Source: Hydrolagus affinis
Taxonomy: Eukaryota
Direction: 5' to 3'
Assembly: GCA_012026655.1 (NCBI GenBank)
Contig: JAAILG010000203.1
Location: 62,001-126,000 of the forward strand
DNA length: 64,000 bases
Part shown: positions 49,792-60,318 of the stretch, in pieces
How positions within the stretch are numbered: the first letter of the stretch is position 1
How the letters are laid out: every line of letters begins with the position of its first letter
The notes under the pieces: generated by a model
Databases searched by the model: none
The model's input: only the letters and a program-made list of their open reading frames with translations
What the model was told of the DNA's origin: nothing
Position numbers and translations under genes: made by a program

Positions 49792-51414
49792 TATCTTTAG
49801 CAATTATTAGTTACTAATCTTTTACTAAATTCCTACACATATTGCTTCATCTGGTGCTATAATTTCATCTGTTTCAGTAACAATTGTACCTGAATCAAAG
49901 AACAATGCATCTTCTCTAAAAGTTTTATATCTGCTTCTTTCCAATTCGTAACCATCCTTTGGTTCCAACCTTGTGGCAAGGAACCCAAAATATGGCGCAT
50001 TTGGGAGCTTTTCTCTCGTGCCTTTTAAGAATACACAGGCTGCAAGTAATATTGATGGGATATGAAGAGACCTAAGGCCTGGCCTGCTACATGACAGAGG
50101 CCAGTCCGAGACCCATAAATTGTTCAGTCATGTGCTGTATTATGTAAGACTAAATAGCCTACAGAGGGCCACATCCTTGTGTTAATAAGCTGTTTTGTTC
50201 TGCGCATTTGAACCTGGAGGAAGGGTTATGTTGAACATGTAGACCGAACATCAAATGTAACCTGCCAGAGATCTTCCATTGCACCCGTCCTAGTCGGTTG
50301 TAGCATATGGGTTTGATCTCACACAAGCACCAGTGGTTTGTTTGCCATTGAAATCTTCTGCTACTGATGTTTTCTCCATAAGGGACTCCCTCGTATTTTG
50401 ACTTTCTCAATTTGTTTCATCGGACTGGATAAACAACGTTACGCCAGCCATTCAGTCTTATTTACCATATATAAATACTTGTCCCTGTTTACTTGCATTC
50501 CTCTGATTTAAAATCCTCACACTGCTAAAAAAAAAATTGCCAGAGTTAAAGTTGTGATGTTAACGGTTGAAACTGCACTGCATTCATTCGTATTGTATTT
50601 GGCTAGAGAAACAGGCAGCAGATAATTATTTACTGGAACCCTGATGTAACATTATCCTTTTTAAGATACGATCTTAAAAGAGAGAAAAAAGTTACATTAA
50701 ACTACAGCATTTTCAGATGTTTCACTCTATTCTGTTGTCGGGCAATGTCTATTGTAATCATATATTGCTGTTACTGGCCTGTTCAGTGCTAAAGTGAGCA
50801 GGCCAATAATAATAGCAATAATACACAATGAGTTTATATAAAAGGATTGGTGCAAATTGATCCAATCTCTTATTTCGTTTTGTTATCTTTATTAAAATTA
50901 CAAGTTTTTATATCATTTCCCAGCGATTTATTTCACTGTCAGTACTGGATTATTTGAATTTGCAGTTCATTTGTAAATTTTTTCTCCTTAAATTATCCAA
51001 AATACTTCAGCCTATGAATGTTCAAGAATCTTTTGAATGCTCTAGGTTACTCCGATCCCTATTCTCTTTTTGAAATCAATCTATTGATAGCTGTTTCAAA
51101 TCCAGGAAAATTATTTTTAGAATCTTGCTGGTTGGTAATTTTCCTGACAAAGCTCTAATGGTAATAATATTTTGTTTTTGATTAAAGAGGTGTAAAAAGC
51201 GATACATGGAACATTTTCAGACTGTAACCTTTGCCCAACCTCATTACGCTCCCCAAACAAAGGTTTCTTGTAAGAGGCCAAATGCAATTTGTGGTAAGAA
51301 AGTGACCATTTTGATAGGATTTGCCTGCGGCGAATTATGAATCATACAGGATTAGAATTTATCTGCTTGTCTGCTACATAGAGATAATGTGAAATGTGTA
51401 GACTTTCAAAGAGC

Positions 51415-51531
51415 CGTCTGCCTACAAAAATACACAGTCACTACACCGTAATGAATCCTCTGAGGCACTTTGAGACGTTCTCCCTGACGTAAAATGCGCT
51501 TTGTCAAATGCACGGATTAGAATATTATTAT
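51415..51531 (+). mobile_element. Older SINE 3' tail
   Basis: cacagtcactacac...gcactttgagacgttctccctgacgtaaaatgcgctttgtcaaatgca. Confidence 0.7.
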
Positions 51532-52402
51532 AAAGGGAAGTTTTCACATGCTGCAGTTTGACATCCTTAACATAGAAACTCCAGTCCTGGTCTATCCTAA
51601 CAACATCAAGTGCACTTACACTGGACCAGTATCTTTTTAGAGTTTTGCTTCTCGCTTACTTTGCTTTAAATCCCATTTAAATTGCTAAATTCAGGTTGGC
51701 ATGAATATGACATGATTGCTACAAACTTGGCAGTGAGAATCCTCAGAACATTCACCACTAAGGCCTATGGGTTATGTGTCTAAGGGTTTAACATTGGCAG
51801 TACTAGTGGTATCACTGGTGTGGAAATAACTGCACTTTTGGAAAGAATCAATGTCTCCAGGCAACAGACATGGAGACTCAAAACTGCCACACTGGCGTCC
51901 CAACAAAGCACATATGTAATTGAATTTAAAACGGACTGAGTTCTCTAGGAGTAGGAACACTGCAGACTCTGAACTGGAAGCCAGGAGCCAGCTTACCAGA
52001 GAGGGTAAGCAGTTTCCCAATAAGAAGCATTTGGAGATAAACCTTGGCTCCATACTTATTTTTTTACATTGGAAATCGCGTACAAGATTTGAAAATTGGA
52101 GGCTTCATTTCAAAGGATTGCAGTTCAAGAATGTTGAAGGGAAAGATTTTGTTTAAACAAAAACAAAAAAAAGTTGTGTGTGCTGAAGAAAAAAGAATAT
52201 AATTAAAGTGAGTATGGTAGCGGCAAAAAAAAACCAGAATGTAAGGAAAGGAAAATTAAAAACTCAAGTGAAAAATTAAGTATATATTTTTTAAAAAGCT
52301 GCTATTTGGTGTCTGCCGTGAAAGAGTTTAATATCCCAGCTCCAAGCAACTAACACTATAATTCTGTTGTTTTTCAGCCACTATTTCTTTTAAAATTACG
52401 TT

Positions 52403-52630
52403 AAGATTTGCATTTATACCACACTTTACCCATATCAATACACTCTCTACATTAATTACTGTAGTAACTAGCTTTGTAGACTAGTGTGGTAGCTCTGTGG
52501 ACAAATTAGGGTACCAGAAACCGACAGCCATGAATACCGAACAATTAATGTGTAGAATCATTGGCTAGCACACCAAGAGAATCTCTCTTTTGGTGCCAAG
52601 GGACCTTTAACATCCACCGTAAAGGCAAGA
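52403..52630 (-). mobile_element. Very old Deu-domain SINE
   Basis: atttgcatttatacc...attggctagcacaccaagagaatctctcttttggtgccaagggacctttaacatccacc. Confidence 0.55.
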
Positions 52631-52777
52631 TTCCACTACTAACTATAGTTTTTGCCTATAGCTTCAGCAAATGATCAGACTAGATTTTGAGCTAAATCCT
52701 CAATGTAGGACTAGAATCCACAGGCTTCTAATCCACAAGTGAGAATCCTATTTACTGAATCAAACCGATACATTGCA

Positions 52778-52975
52778 TAATAATAATAATCCTTGCATTT
52801 AGTATACTGGTTTTCACATCTTCTAGACATCTCAAAGCGCTTCTCAGAATATACTGTAAATGCATTGACTGGATATATGAGGGCGAAATGCAGCAGCCAA
52901 TTGCGCACAGCAGTGTCGCACAAACTGTTGTGGATTGAAATGACCAGTTTATTATTGTTTTTAGAGGGATTATCA
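52778..52975 (-). mobile_element. SINE lacking the head
   Basis: Reverse complement of tail and body up to gagggattat. Confidence 0.9.
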
Positions 52976-53574
52976 CAGGAGATTTGTTGTATGTGAAATT
53001 TGCTTTTATTCCTTGTGAATTTGAAGAGGTACATGCCAACCTTTTGAAGTAGCTTGAGTAGTTTCAGTAAAATTCGGGGCTTAAATTCTTGATTTAACAT
53101 CATCACACATGGATCCTCTAAATACCAGTATTTTAAACCTTATCCCAGAGGAAAAAAGACTCTGAGACAAAATCTGTGAACAAATGAAACCTAATAGAGA
53201 CTTGGGTATCTAGTTCAAGACTGTTATCTAATGTCTGGACTCAGGTAATAGTTATAAAAGCCATCTGAGCACTTGATTAGATTAACTGCCAAGTACTGTA
53301 ACTAACTCCCAGCTTTCTAGTTTTTCCCTTAATAAGAATTGGACCTAGGGGTTTATTGGAAAAATAAGCCCTGAATGACACCATGACCACATAATCTACT
53401 CATCTGCGCAGGTCACAGTTTATACACATTTATTTGAGGGTGGTGGTTCAAGGAATGAGGTAGTCGCTAACTCTTGCTACAGTTGTGTCTGCTCATCTGC
53501 TTGAACATAGACTATTATAACCGACTCAGAGAGGGTTCCATACATCCTGAACATGCTGCAGAACAGTCACAGAA

Positions 53575-53682
53575 ACAATCTTCGCATTTGATACAGCGCC
53601 TTTCACATCGGGAGGATGTCTCAAAGCACATCACAATGTTGACTGTGAAGTGTGGCTACTGTACAGTACTTTGCAGGCAAAC
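53575..53682 (-). mobile_element. Older SINE/L2-type tail
   Basis: cttcgcatttgatacagcgcctttcacatcgggaggatgtctcaaagcac. Confidence 0.75.
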
Positions 53683-54569
53683 AGACAACGGGAAGGCCAT
53701 CATCAGTGTTGCTGAAAATAAGATCCGAAAGACTAATAACAGTTGCAATTAGTAGAATAAATAAAAATTATATTGCTTCCACATTCAACGACCAGACAAT
53801 GCACCATAGTGCTGGAAGTTTGCAGTGGGCTATGTAATTATCGGATTGCACACCACAAATTTCCACCCTACAGCGTTTTAAAGGGCAGATGCAGAAAAAA
53901 AAACAACTAGAGTTCCAGGAAATGTATTGCTTTTATTATTCCCACAAGATCTGCAAAGTTATAGAAAAACAAATAGAGATTCGAAAGCAAGACTTCAATG
54001 TTGATTAAATAGAAGATTATTTTGAATTACTTACATGGGTCTGAATCATTAGGCAAAATAAAAGCTATGGCCAACCTAACATCCTCTGCCAACTTGTTTT
54101 GCCTTCCAGCTGGTCTTTGGGAGAGCTGATGCTTTGACATTCGGCATGGTCTCCATCCATCCTGACCAAAGGATATTCCTTTGCTGCCTGCAAATACCAC
54201 AACACATGTGGCTGCCACATGGGGAACAAATGTGCGTTTGATCTTGAGGCATCTCAAAAGGATTCGCCACTGGGCTCCAGTTGACCAAAGGCAATCTTTA
54301 TCACCATCCTCGCACTGCACAAGCAGTTACTAACTGTCTCATATTGAGGGCACAGCGATCCTCCGCAACCATGGAAACAGCGATAAATGCTGTTGTGGTC
54401 ACGTTAAGTGAGATCCGATTGAGCCCTGGCAAAGTTTCTTGGGAGTATGTAGATCATTTTCATTTCAATATAAAATAGAATTGTTCTGATCATCCCTTTC
54501 TACAAGAATGCTGTTGCTTCTGCGCTACTGTATAAAACATCCAGTATAAATTATAATTTAAGCTAGTAC

Positions 54570-54848
54570 TAGACCAACATATTTCCATATGAAGACAGTA
54601 GAACAAGAGATTTGGATGTAGAGTTGTAAACAACAGGACAGAAAAAAGGAAGTTTTTGTTTACACAAAGTAAATCAATGACTGGAACAGGTTGCTAGGAA
54701 AGGTGGTAGAGGTCAGGTCATTGGACTCATTCAAAAAAACAGCTTGATGCAGTGATGGGGGGGATGGTGGGATGGTAGAGTGGGTGTTCTGGAAGGGATG
54801 AGATTGGATAGATCGAAAGGCCAAACCAACCAAGTGATCTTGTGACCA
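54570..54848 (+). mobile_element. CR1 LINE 3' end
   Basis: Degenerate translation RKFLFTQ../INDWNRLLGKVVEVRSLDSFKKQLD, the CR1 ORF2 C-terminal motif, then 3' UTR gatagatcgaaaggcc...gatcttgtg. Confidence 0.85.
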
Positions 54849-55791
54849 TTTGGGGGAAGAATAGACAGCTGATTGCACAGCCAATGTCTGCCAGGTCAGA
54901 AAAGGATTATTGCGGCTCCTGGAAAATCTACTCTCCTTTTTCTTCCAAGTCTGGAAGAAAAATAGGACGCTGCTCGCTCAGCTTTTGGTAACATGCCAAA
55001 GACCGTACATTTGTTTAGGACAGATAGTTTTGAAAACTGTTTGCCTAAAGCTGATTTCTAATGTTTGCTCTATCAATTGTAAAAATTGTACATACCTTCC
55101 ATATGCTCGCATCCTCCTTTGCTCTGCCACACAGCAAATTTCAGCATCGCATATCTCTAATTTTGTAGTATTTCTTAATTGGATTCCATAATCTGTAAGT
55201 AACTTGTGCAAATGGGGGACCCCTCTGTGTGTCATCTGGGATTTGTTAGTAAAGAGCAATCCTGTGCAAAAAAAAATTAGGTACAATTATCTGGTGCTAA
55301 AGAACAGGCATAGGTGACAAGTTTAGGAAAATCTGTATTGTTTACTCCAGTTATATCAGGAGCACAGTTGTGATTCACTCTGTGTTTCTTTGGTTGTATG
55401 GCTGTGTACTATTACTTCTCGATTTGCATTAATTATTTTTTGTGGTTTGCCTCTTACTTCACAATACTTCAGTATTGTGGTGAATAACTTCCTCCTGGTT
55501 TATTGCTTCCTTGTTTTGATTTATCATTTTCTAATTGAGGTTCATTTCTTCATTGCATCCAGTTTGTTTATTGCTTTCTTCTTGTGGTTCATACCGATGC
55601 CACGTTCCTGCAGTTTATCCTACCTTGTGATTTCTATATCACTCAGTTTGTTGCAAATACTGCTGTAGTTGGCTTATTCCGAGCTTGTTTGTTGTTCAAT
55701 TCCAACAGGTCAGCCTGTCTCCAAACAATGGAGCAATGGTTGTAAGAACTCTAAGTCAGAACTGTTCAGAATTAATGTTGTATGTGACAAT

Positions 55792-55892
55792 GATAATAAT
55801 AATCCTTACATTTGGTATCATGCTTTCGACATTGCGGGGGCGTATCAAAGCACCTCACCACAGGGGGCTGTGTAAAGTGGAATGACTGTAAC
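55792..55892 (-). mobile_element. Old SINE tail fragment
   Basis: gataataataatccttacatttggtatcatgctttc...tcaaagcac...gtaaagtggaatgactgta. Confidence 0.6.
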
Positions 55893-56519
55893 TGCATGCT
55901 TTGGGATGTGCGTTTGGATAAAGTTAAACTTTGAATTAGCCCCTGGAGAAGGGGCACAGACGGGATATATCGACTTCAAATATTCAATTGATCAACCTCA
56001 ATACAAGTTTCTGCTGAGCCTAGGGCTGCCACAGGGCTCCAGAGGCATGGGTTGTACAACCACCAGATCATTGGTAGCAATCACTCACTGGTGCAATTGG
56101 CAAGTCCACGTTCATGTATCAAGATGGTATGTTTAAGGATCTGCAAAACGCAATCTAAAATCAATACAGAGTTCCAACTTTTTTTTAATAAAAGAAAAAA
56201 CAACACACAGCAGTGTCTGTCTGACAATCCAGACAACGTTTTGTGATCCTTCGAAGGAATCTGGTTCCATGCAAAGATTACATAACCTGTTGATTCTTTT
56301 TAGTAAAAGTTTTTTTTGTACTCCAAATAGTCAAATTTAAACACATTTTCTCAGGTCTTGGTATAACCAAGTACTGTACATGTTTAATTACAGATTACAC
56401 AATACAAGCAGATGCATACAGTGAGTCTTTAAAAAAAATCTGTATTTTAGGGTGGTATTTATTAAATGTCCGGTTACTTCTAACCATGTCAATACTTAAA
56501 TATAATTAATTTTCTTTTA

Positions 56520-56797
56520 CTGGGGCAACTAACACCCCAGATTTCTTTCAGCTTCCCCTTTAATATGTTCTATCCCATCGATGGAGTATTTGTGTTTCTT
56601 GTATGTAACACTTGGAATATATCTGAATTAAATTTAATTTGCCAGTTATTAACCCGTGTGCCTATAAGGTCTATTTGTAAGACCTTTGTTGCTTCCTCTG
56701 ATTCCAAGGTTTACCCAAACTAGTGTAACTATCTTATATTGCGTCTTCAAATCCAAGTCATTAATATATATAAGGACAGACCCCTAAGGCACCCCAC
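56520..56797 (-). mobile_element. Degraded CR1/L2 reverse-transcriptase fragment
   Basis: The minus strand gtggggtgccttaggggtctgtcctt-atatatattaatgacttggat gives GVP(*)GSVL..IYINDLD, and tggcaaattaaatttaat gives WQIKFN; both are RT motifs. Confidence 0.75.
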
Positions 56798-57079
56798 GTA
56801 ATACCTTCACCCGATTTTGACCTAACTCCTCTACCAATGATCCTAGGAAGATCCATTTAATCATGTCTTATTTATGTATACTGTCACATCTCCATATACG
56901 TTATAAAGCTGAGGATTACACGGATATTTGCTCGGACTCTTAAAGTTATCCCTTACTCAACGAAAACAGAAAGTTGGTCAGATATAAAAGTAAACTCAAG
57001 GTGAACTAAAATAAGACGGGATTAAAGTTTCTGGGACCCTGAAATGTCTTTTCACCCCCAAAAATATATATATTTTTGA

Positions 57080-57570
57080 TTTGTGCAGCGGTTCAGTTCT
57101 CCGTAATAAATTTGTTCGCACCGTTTGCGGAATAATTTTCAACAAAGGAATGTCATTTAGCCTTCATGTCAGTTTTGTGTCAGTTGCCAGATGTCAGCCT
57201 TGCTGCGCCAACTTTAAAGCAAGACTTCTCCAATCACCTGCCTGCTGTGTAAGCCTCTCTCCCCATTTGGTGCTCTCGGCTCCACAGCACGGGGCTCCCA
57301 AATGCCCCTGGATCAGTTACATTAAATTCCTAAGGATGAATTTTCAATTTTCTCATGGCGTTCGCAGGTTTCGGTTGACGAAATGGAGCCTAAACCTCTC
57401 TTGTACGGCTGGACACTTTTCTCCAGCCCAAAGCGAGAGACGGACTTCAGAATTAACAGAACATTTCATTCTTAAAGAGAATAGCCAATTCTTCACCTGC
57501 TGGTGTGCCACCATATCAGTAACCGATATATCCTCACCACTAATAAAAAATCTGTTTTGCGCCTGTAGAA
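57080..57570. promoter_or_regulatory. Candidate conserved non-coding element / enhancer
   Basis: Repeat-free with many retained CpGs. SOX-type aacaaag and TEAD-type ggaatg lie next to four TGTCA motifs at 57151-57197. Confidence 0.35.
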
Positions 57571-57737
57571 AATGAACTCGTGATAAACAAATAAAAATAA
57601 ACTGCATAAAAATTTTGTTTCAATTTTTTTTCTGGTTTATAAATTTGTAATCATTAACTGGATTTGTACAGAGAATATTTACTACTATTGGCTTTCAAAT
57701 CCAACGCTACTGAAATCACCTGCAAAATATACAATCA

Positions 57738-57890
57738 CTACAACAACGACAAGTTGGATTTATATAGTGCCCTCCATGCCAGACTTTACAGACTTTACAC
57801 CTACCCTTTACAGTGAATCCTGTGAATCGCTCTGAGACATTCCACCGATGTGAAAGGCGTTATGTCAAACTCAAGAATTGTTATTATTTA
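57738..57890. mobile_element. Head-to-head pair: mini-L2 tail (-) and old SINE tail (+)
   Basis: caacaacgacaagttggatttatatagtgccctccatgccaga (-), then ctttacagtgaatcctgtgaatcgctctgagac...gtgaaaggcgttatgtcaaa (+). Confidence 0.7.
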
Positions 57891-58484
57891 GTTACTTATT
57901 TGAATTATTTGAAGTGTTTTCAGCAATTACATACTGACCTTCGATGTATTTTAAATGGTATTTGCTTGTCGTCTGGATTTTGTTCTCTGCACAAGTCAAA
58001 AATGACATACAAACACTAAACAGCTTTTCATAACGCAGATGGGACAGCTGCTCCCATCATCTGTTTAATATAACATTCCCAAAAGGAAAGGACTTCCTTC
58101 TTTTTGTTTCACAGCCTGCATTTAATGCTTTTTTTTTATTTTAAAAACATGCTTGCACCTCTCATTCCTCCTTTTTATGTATTCGACAGGAATCCTTCAC
58201 AGTGATACAGGCCCCAGCAGTCAGGTCGATTTACCCCTCATGGGTTCCTCCATGTTCATCCTCAATAATCCTCCACATCGGAGAAACAGAAGAGACACTT
58301 TCAGTAGAAGGATTGAGACTCTATCATGTATCCCTTCATAACTGACCAGTGGCTAAAGTGAGCGCAAATGATCTTCACTGCACTACAGTTTCAATCTTGA
58401 CATATCAATCAATATTCTCACTAAGATGTCCTGTCCCCTCCACATCTCCATATTTTGCGTTGAGCTGTCCCAGTAACTGGCAAA

Positions 58485-58577
58485 ATTTCACCCACAAAAT
58501 GAATGTTCAGTCCACTTTACAGTATATTCCGTGAAGCGCTTTGAGATGATAAGGCACTGTATCAAATGCCAGGATTG
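58485..58577 (+). mobile_element. SINE 3' fragment
   Basis: tttcacccacaaa...cactttacagtatattccgtgaagcgctttgaga...tatcaaatgccaggatt. Confidence 0.8.
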
Positions 58578-59374
58578 TGTAATATGTGATTAATAATTGA
58601 AACCGGACAACAAACAGTTCCTTTACCCACTAGGGTTTGGGGCAGAAATACTGTGGCCAGATGTGGGCCTGGTTTTTCATAAATGCAAGCACAGAGCTGT
58701 TTGACAGACCAAAGGACAATGAAAATGATTTGTGCTATTTCTGCATCACAATAAGCAACTCAAACATGGGAGCTCTCTTTTACCAAGTTTTTTTTCACAA
58801 TTTAAAACTGTCAGCAATAAAAACGTTTGTGTTTATAACATTGAAACATCTCAAAGAGCTTTACAGGTAATTACTGTCAAATGCGGTGACTGATCTTAGG
58901 TGAGGTATTCAAAGAATTATACTGTAAATGCATGACGGAATGAAGAATTGATAGATCAGCAATTATATACGTTAAAGTCAGATATAAGCAATTAAAGTTA
59001 ATGCTTTTATTAGATGCATGCAGTTTACCAAGAAACATATCTAAGGGTATCTACTGGAAGGGACTTTGAGGACATATAGGAATGTATACCTCCAATGTGT
59101 GAATGACTCTGGCGGGCTTCTCAACTACAAGCAAAGCCTTGAATTACTGTGGACCTGCCTGTCTTTGCCGAGTGCATCTCTTGTGAGCCTTTAGCCCTTT
59201 TACAACAAGAAAACTTGACATGGTTTGAATAAAAGAATTTTGGGGACAACCCCAAAGAATTCTTCCACTCGTAGGGTAATCTGTCAATAAGGCAATCTGC
59301 ATAGTTGATTGGCGGATCATTCTCTGGGAGTAATAATCCCTCTCCTCATACCTGAAAAAAAATTTGATCACTCA

Positions 59375-59501
59375 GTCCACGACTGGCTGCCGCGTTTTGC
59401 CCACAAAATAGTCAATTCACTGCACAGTATATGTTGAGAAGTGTTTGGAGTCTCAACGACATGATAGGGCGCTACATCAAATGCAAGGATTAATATTATT
59501 A
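59375..59501 (+). mobile_element. SINE 3' part with an internal deletion
   Basis: tccacgact joins ggctgccgcgttttgcccacaaa; tail gcgctacatcaaatgcaaggatta. Confidence 0.85.
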
Positions 59502-59987
59502 TTTATTTTATCTGTCAAAACACACACTTGAAATAGATGGGATGAAGTGTTTGTTTTGCAATTAAAGAAATACGAAGGTCTCAAAGCCGCTGATATCACA
59601 TATCAAGCCATCAAGTTGCACCACATTATTGCTTTGATGCACGTTCAAATATCCAATGTGGAACAAACACTGAACACTCACTGTTCGCTCGCATACTGTA
59701 ATTAGTGCTGTTGCAGCTGATGCCATTCAAATCATGCTGCCAGTGTGGGTTGCTCCAGATTTAGCTCAACTGCCTCAAATAACCAGCCAGACAACACTGG
59801 GCCCTCACAGAAGAAAGTTCACTTTTTTCTTATACAAAAAAAAGGGTTGCCAATCAAAACAGAGAAATAAACGTTAAACTTCCAAGTTGACTATTGGCAT
59901 GTTTTATGCCTGTGTTGTAACCAGAGCCTTCTGTGTAACCACCTTATTCTGGTGAGAGTTAAACAGTCCCATCACTTAGCAGTTCTG

Positions 59988-60318
59988 AATAATAACATAA
60001 TAATAATCCTTGCATTTGATATGGCGCTTTTCACATCTTATCGACGTCCCAAAGCGCTTCACAGAATATACTGTAAAGTGAATTGACTGTATATTTGTGG
60101 GCGAATTGTGGCAGCCAATTGTGCACAGCAGTGTCCCACAAACAGTCGTGGATTGAAATGACCAATTTTATTATTGTTTTTTTTTGGACGGATTATTATT
60201 AGGCTTGTGGAGTAAGGAGCCTTGCCCAAGGTTTCGCCCTGACCTGCCTGGATTCGAACACAACAGGTCTCCCCAGCTTGCAAGACAAGTGCTCTAACCA
60301 CTAAGCCACAGGAGCTCC
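59988..60318 (-). mobile_element. Full-length tRNA-derived SINE (well preserved)
   Basis: Complete reverse-complement copy with B box gttcgaatcc and TGC anticodon variant. Confidence 0.95.
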
